Positions 37,265 to 38,972 of a stretch of 38,972 nucleotides of DNA are shown here, piece after piece. A program made the translations under genes and the position numbers. The stretch's first letter is position 1. Every line of letters starts with the position of its first letter. Source of the DNA: Candidatus Scalinduaceae bacterium (lineage in GTDB: Bacteria > Planctomycetota > Brocadiia > Brocadiales > Scalinduaceae); contig JBHICG010000029.1 of assembly GCA_046759445.1 (NCBI GenBank), positions 1 through 38,972 on the forward strand. The letters are read 5' to 3'. The notes beneath the pieces were generated by a model. It was not told where the DNA came from and made no database searches. It saw only the letters and a program-made list of their open reading frames with translations.

Positions 37265-37915
37265 ATGTCAATTTATACACAAACAGATGAGCGTGTTTCT
37301 TGGTCGGAGGTCTTGCGTAAGCGTGACGTGATACACAAGCGGTACGCTAGCATATGGCAAGTCCCCGTTCTACGAAAGCGCTTTAGACTCATTCTATCAT
37401 TGTTAATTGACGGTGCGCGGGTTTTGGATGTGGGAGCAGGCGATGCTGGGTGGGGTCCGCGTTTACAGAAAGCCACCACAAACATTACCTACAAGACAGT
37501 CGACATCGATCCAAACCAGAGTCCGGATTACCGCAGTATGCAAGAAATCCAGCAAGAGTTCGACCTGATTATTTCTTTGGAGGTCATAGAACATCTAACT
37601 CTTGCAGATGGTGAGAATATGATCAGGGAGTGCGAGAGGATTTTGAGTCCTGGTGGTAAGCTCGTAATCAGCACTCCGAATATTTTTAATCCCTCACGCT
37701 TCCTTATGGATTCGACACACCTGACACCATACAGCTATGAGGAACTCGGTGGACTGTGTTTGAGAGCTGGACTCGAAGTGCAAGAGATTTATAGGACGTT
37801 TAATGCATCAACGGTACAATTCTTTCTAAAGAGGGCATTCGTAACACCTATCCATCGATTTATCGGGATAGACTATACGAAATCTATCATTATCGTCGCT
37901 AAGAAAAGGGCCTGA
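37265..37915 (+). CDS. class I SAM-dependent methyltransferase
   Basis: VLDVGAG, FDLIISLEVIEHL, LSPGGKLVISTPN. Confidence 0.88.
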   Translation: MSIYTQTDERVSWSEVLRKRDVIHKRYASIWQVPVLRKRFRLILSLLIDGARVLDVGAGDAGWGPRLQKATTNITYKTVDIDPNQSPDYRSMQEIQQEFDLIISLEVIEHLTLADGENMIRECERILSPGGKLVISTPNIFNPSRFLMDSTHLTPYSYEELGGLCLRAGLEVQEIYRTFNASTVQFFLKRAFVTPIHRFIGIDYTKSIIIVAKKRA

Positions 37916-38074
37916 TTCCAAGTACTACTTCTCATACAGGAAAGCAGAATCTGGAAAACACATGCGTCACCACCAAGGATGGCACAGTCAAGATAAATCG
38001 GCGTATTAAGATGGGAAACCTTGAGGTTTTATAAGAAATTCTATTATGATTTTTTAATTACCAAGGAGCAATAA

Positions 38075-38972
38075 ATGATAATTTTGGGAGTTACACATCC
38101 CATTTCGTGGAATAATGGCGCATGTATCCTCGTAGACGATAAGTTGATTGCCATGGTAGAAGAGGAAAGATTTAACAGATTTAAGCATTCACCAAGGATA
38201 GCTGCTAAGAGGTCTATCGAATTTTGTCTTAATAAGGCTAACGTAACGTTGGACGATGTGGATTACATCGCCATAGGTTGGGAATCCTCAAAACGACAGG
38301 AAAAGAAAAAGAGATATGCATGGGACTTTTTGCTTAAACAGTTACCCTTCAGTTACGAAAATGAAAAAATAAGATTTGTAAGACATCATACTGCCCATGC
38401 ATTAAGCTCTTATTACGTCTCAGGATTTGATTGTTCAAATATTATATCCCTTGATGGTTACGGAGGCAGCGAATCTGGCGTCCTGGCGATTGGAGAGGAA
38501 GACGAATTCAGGATTGTGAAGTCTATACCAAACAAAAATAGTTGGGGACACCTATACAGTGAGATCACAAGAATATTAGGGTTTACGTTCCATAGTGATG
38601 AAGGTAAGGTAATGGGCCTTGCTGCATACGGACAACCAATTGAAGATGAATTTAAATTTATTGATTGGGACAACGATATCCCCGTAATAGACAAGAAAGG
38701 CTTTAAGAAATATCTTTTCAGTATCACGCCAAGGAAAAAAGGGGAAGACCTAAACCAGTTTCATAAAGACCTGGCAGCTACTGTACAGCATACACTTGAG
38801 AAGGCCACTCTGCAGATGAATTCTTATCTCTATAACATCACGGGTTTTAAAAACCTGTGCATGTCAGGTGGATGCGCCCTGAACTGCTCAATGAATGGTG
38901 TACTCTTAAGGTCAGATCATGTTGATAATATATTTATTCAGCCTGCTGCTCATGACGTGGGTACCGCATTAG
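38075..38972 (+). CDS. NodU/CmcH/TobZ-family carbamoyltransferase, N-terminal part (truncated by window end)
   Basis: AAGGAG RBS; MIILG...EEERFNRFKH, HHTAHA, LDGYG, DEGKVMGLAAYG, DLAATVQ, SGGCALNCSMNG, IQPAAHDVGTAL; absent from the ORF track because no stop. Confidence 0.9.
   Translation, partial: MIILGVTHPISWNNGACILVDDKLIAMVEEERFNRFKHSPRIAAKRSIEFCLNKANVTLDDVDYIAIGWESSKRQEKKKRYAWDFLLKQLPFSYENEKIRFVRHHTAHALSSYYVSGFDCSNIISLDGYGGSESGVLAIGEEDEFRIVKSIPNKNSWGHLYSEITRILGFTFHSDEGKVMGLAAYGQPIEDEFKFIDWDNDIPVIDKKGFKKYLFSITPRKKGEDLNQFHKDLAATVQHTLEKATLQMNSYLYNITGFKNLCMSGGCALNCSMNGVLLRSDHVDNIFIQPAAHDVGTAL

Noticed and set aside
301..38727. Other short ORFs antisense to confident genes (e.g. 301-549, 2338-2700, 20490-20846, 29906-30277, 34408-34716, 38458-38727)
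   Set aside because: Shadow ORFs on the opposite strand of well-supported genes.

Overview
AT-rich bacterial chromosome segment. The gene style suggests an anammox planctomycete such as a Ca. Scalindua/Brocadiales relative, but this is inference only. The core (about 2.7-29.4 kb, all minus strand) is a surface-polysaccharide/glycoprotein glycan locus. It holds an EPS-type MarR regulator, SDR epimerases, a DegT aminotransferase, two AsnB-like amidotransferases, two SAM methyltransferases, an ATP-grasp protein, a metallophosphoesterase, a Wzx flippase, three intact glycosyltransferases, two SGNH hydrolases, a GT39/GT-C membrane enzyme and a WcaJ-type priming transferase. The locus shows heavy turnover: an intact DUF6922/AbiEii-type toxin-antitoxin pair bracketed by a duplicated GT 3' end, a decayed MNT(-HEPN) module, decayed GT and acyltransferase genes, and a four-helix-bundle gene flanked by inverted AAAGCTN heptamer arrays. 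Three clusters of REP/MITE-like nested palindromes are present; two share a 55-bp unit with a compensatory base-pair change. The flanks carry housekeeping genes: metF, an EamA transporter, a Cys-type formate dehydrogenase with a 4x[4Fe-4S] partner and an 8-Cys protein, trpF, a class II aldolase, fbp, a methyltransferase and a partial NodU-type carbamoyltransferase. No rRNA, tRNA, CRISPR array, integrase or transposase was seen.
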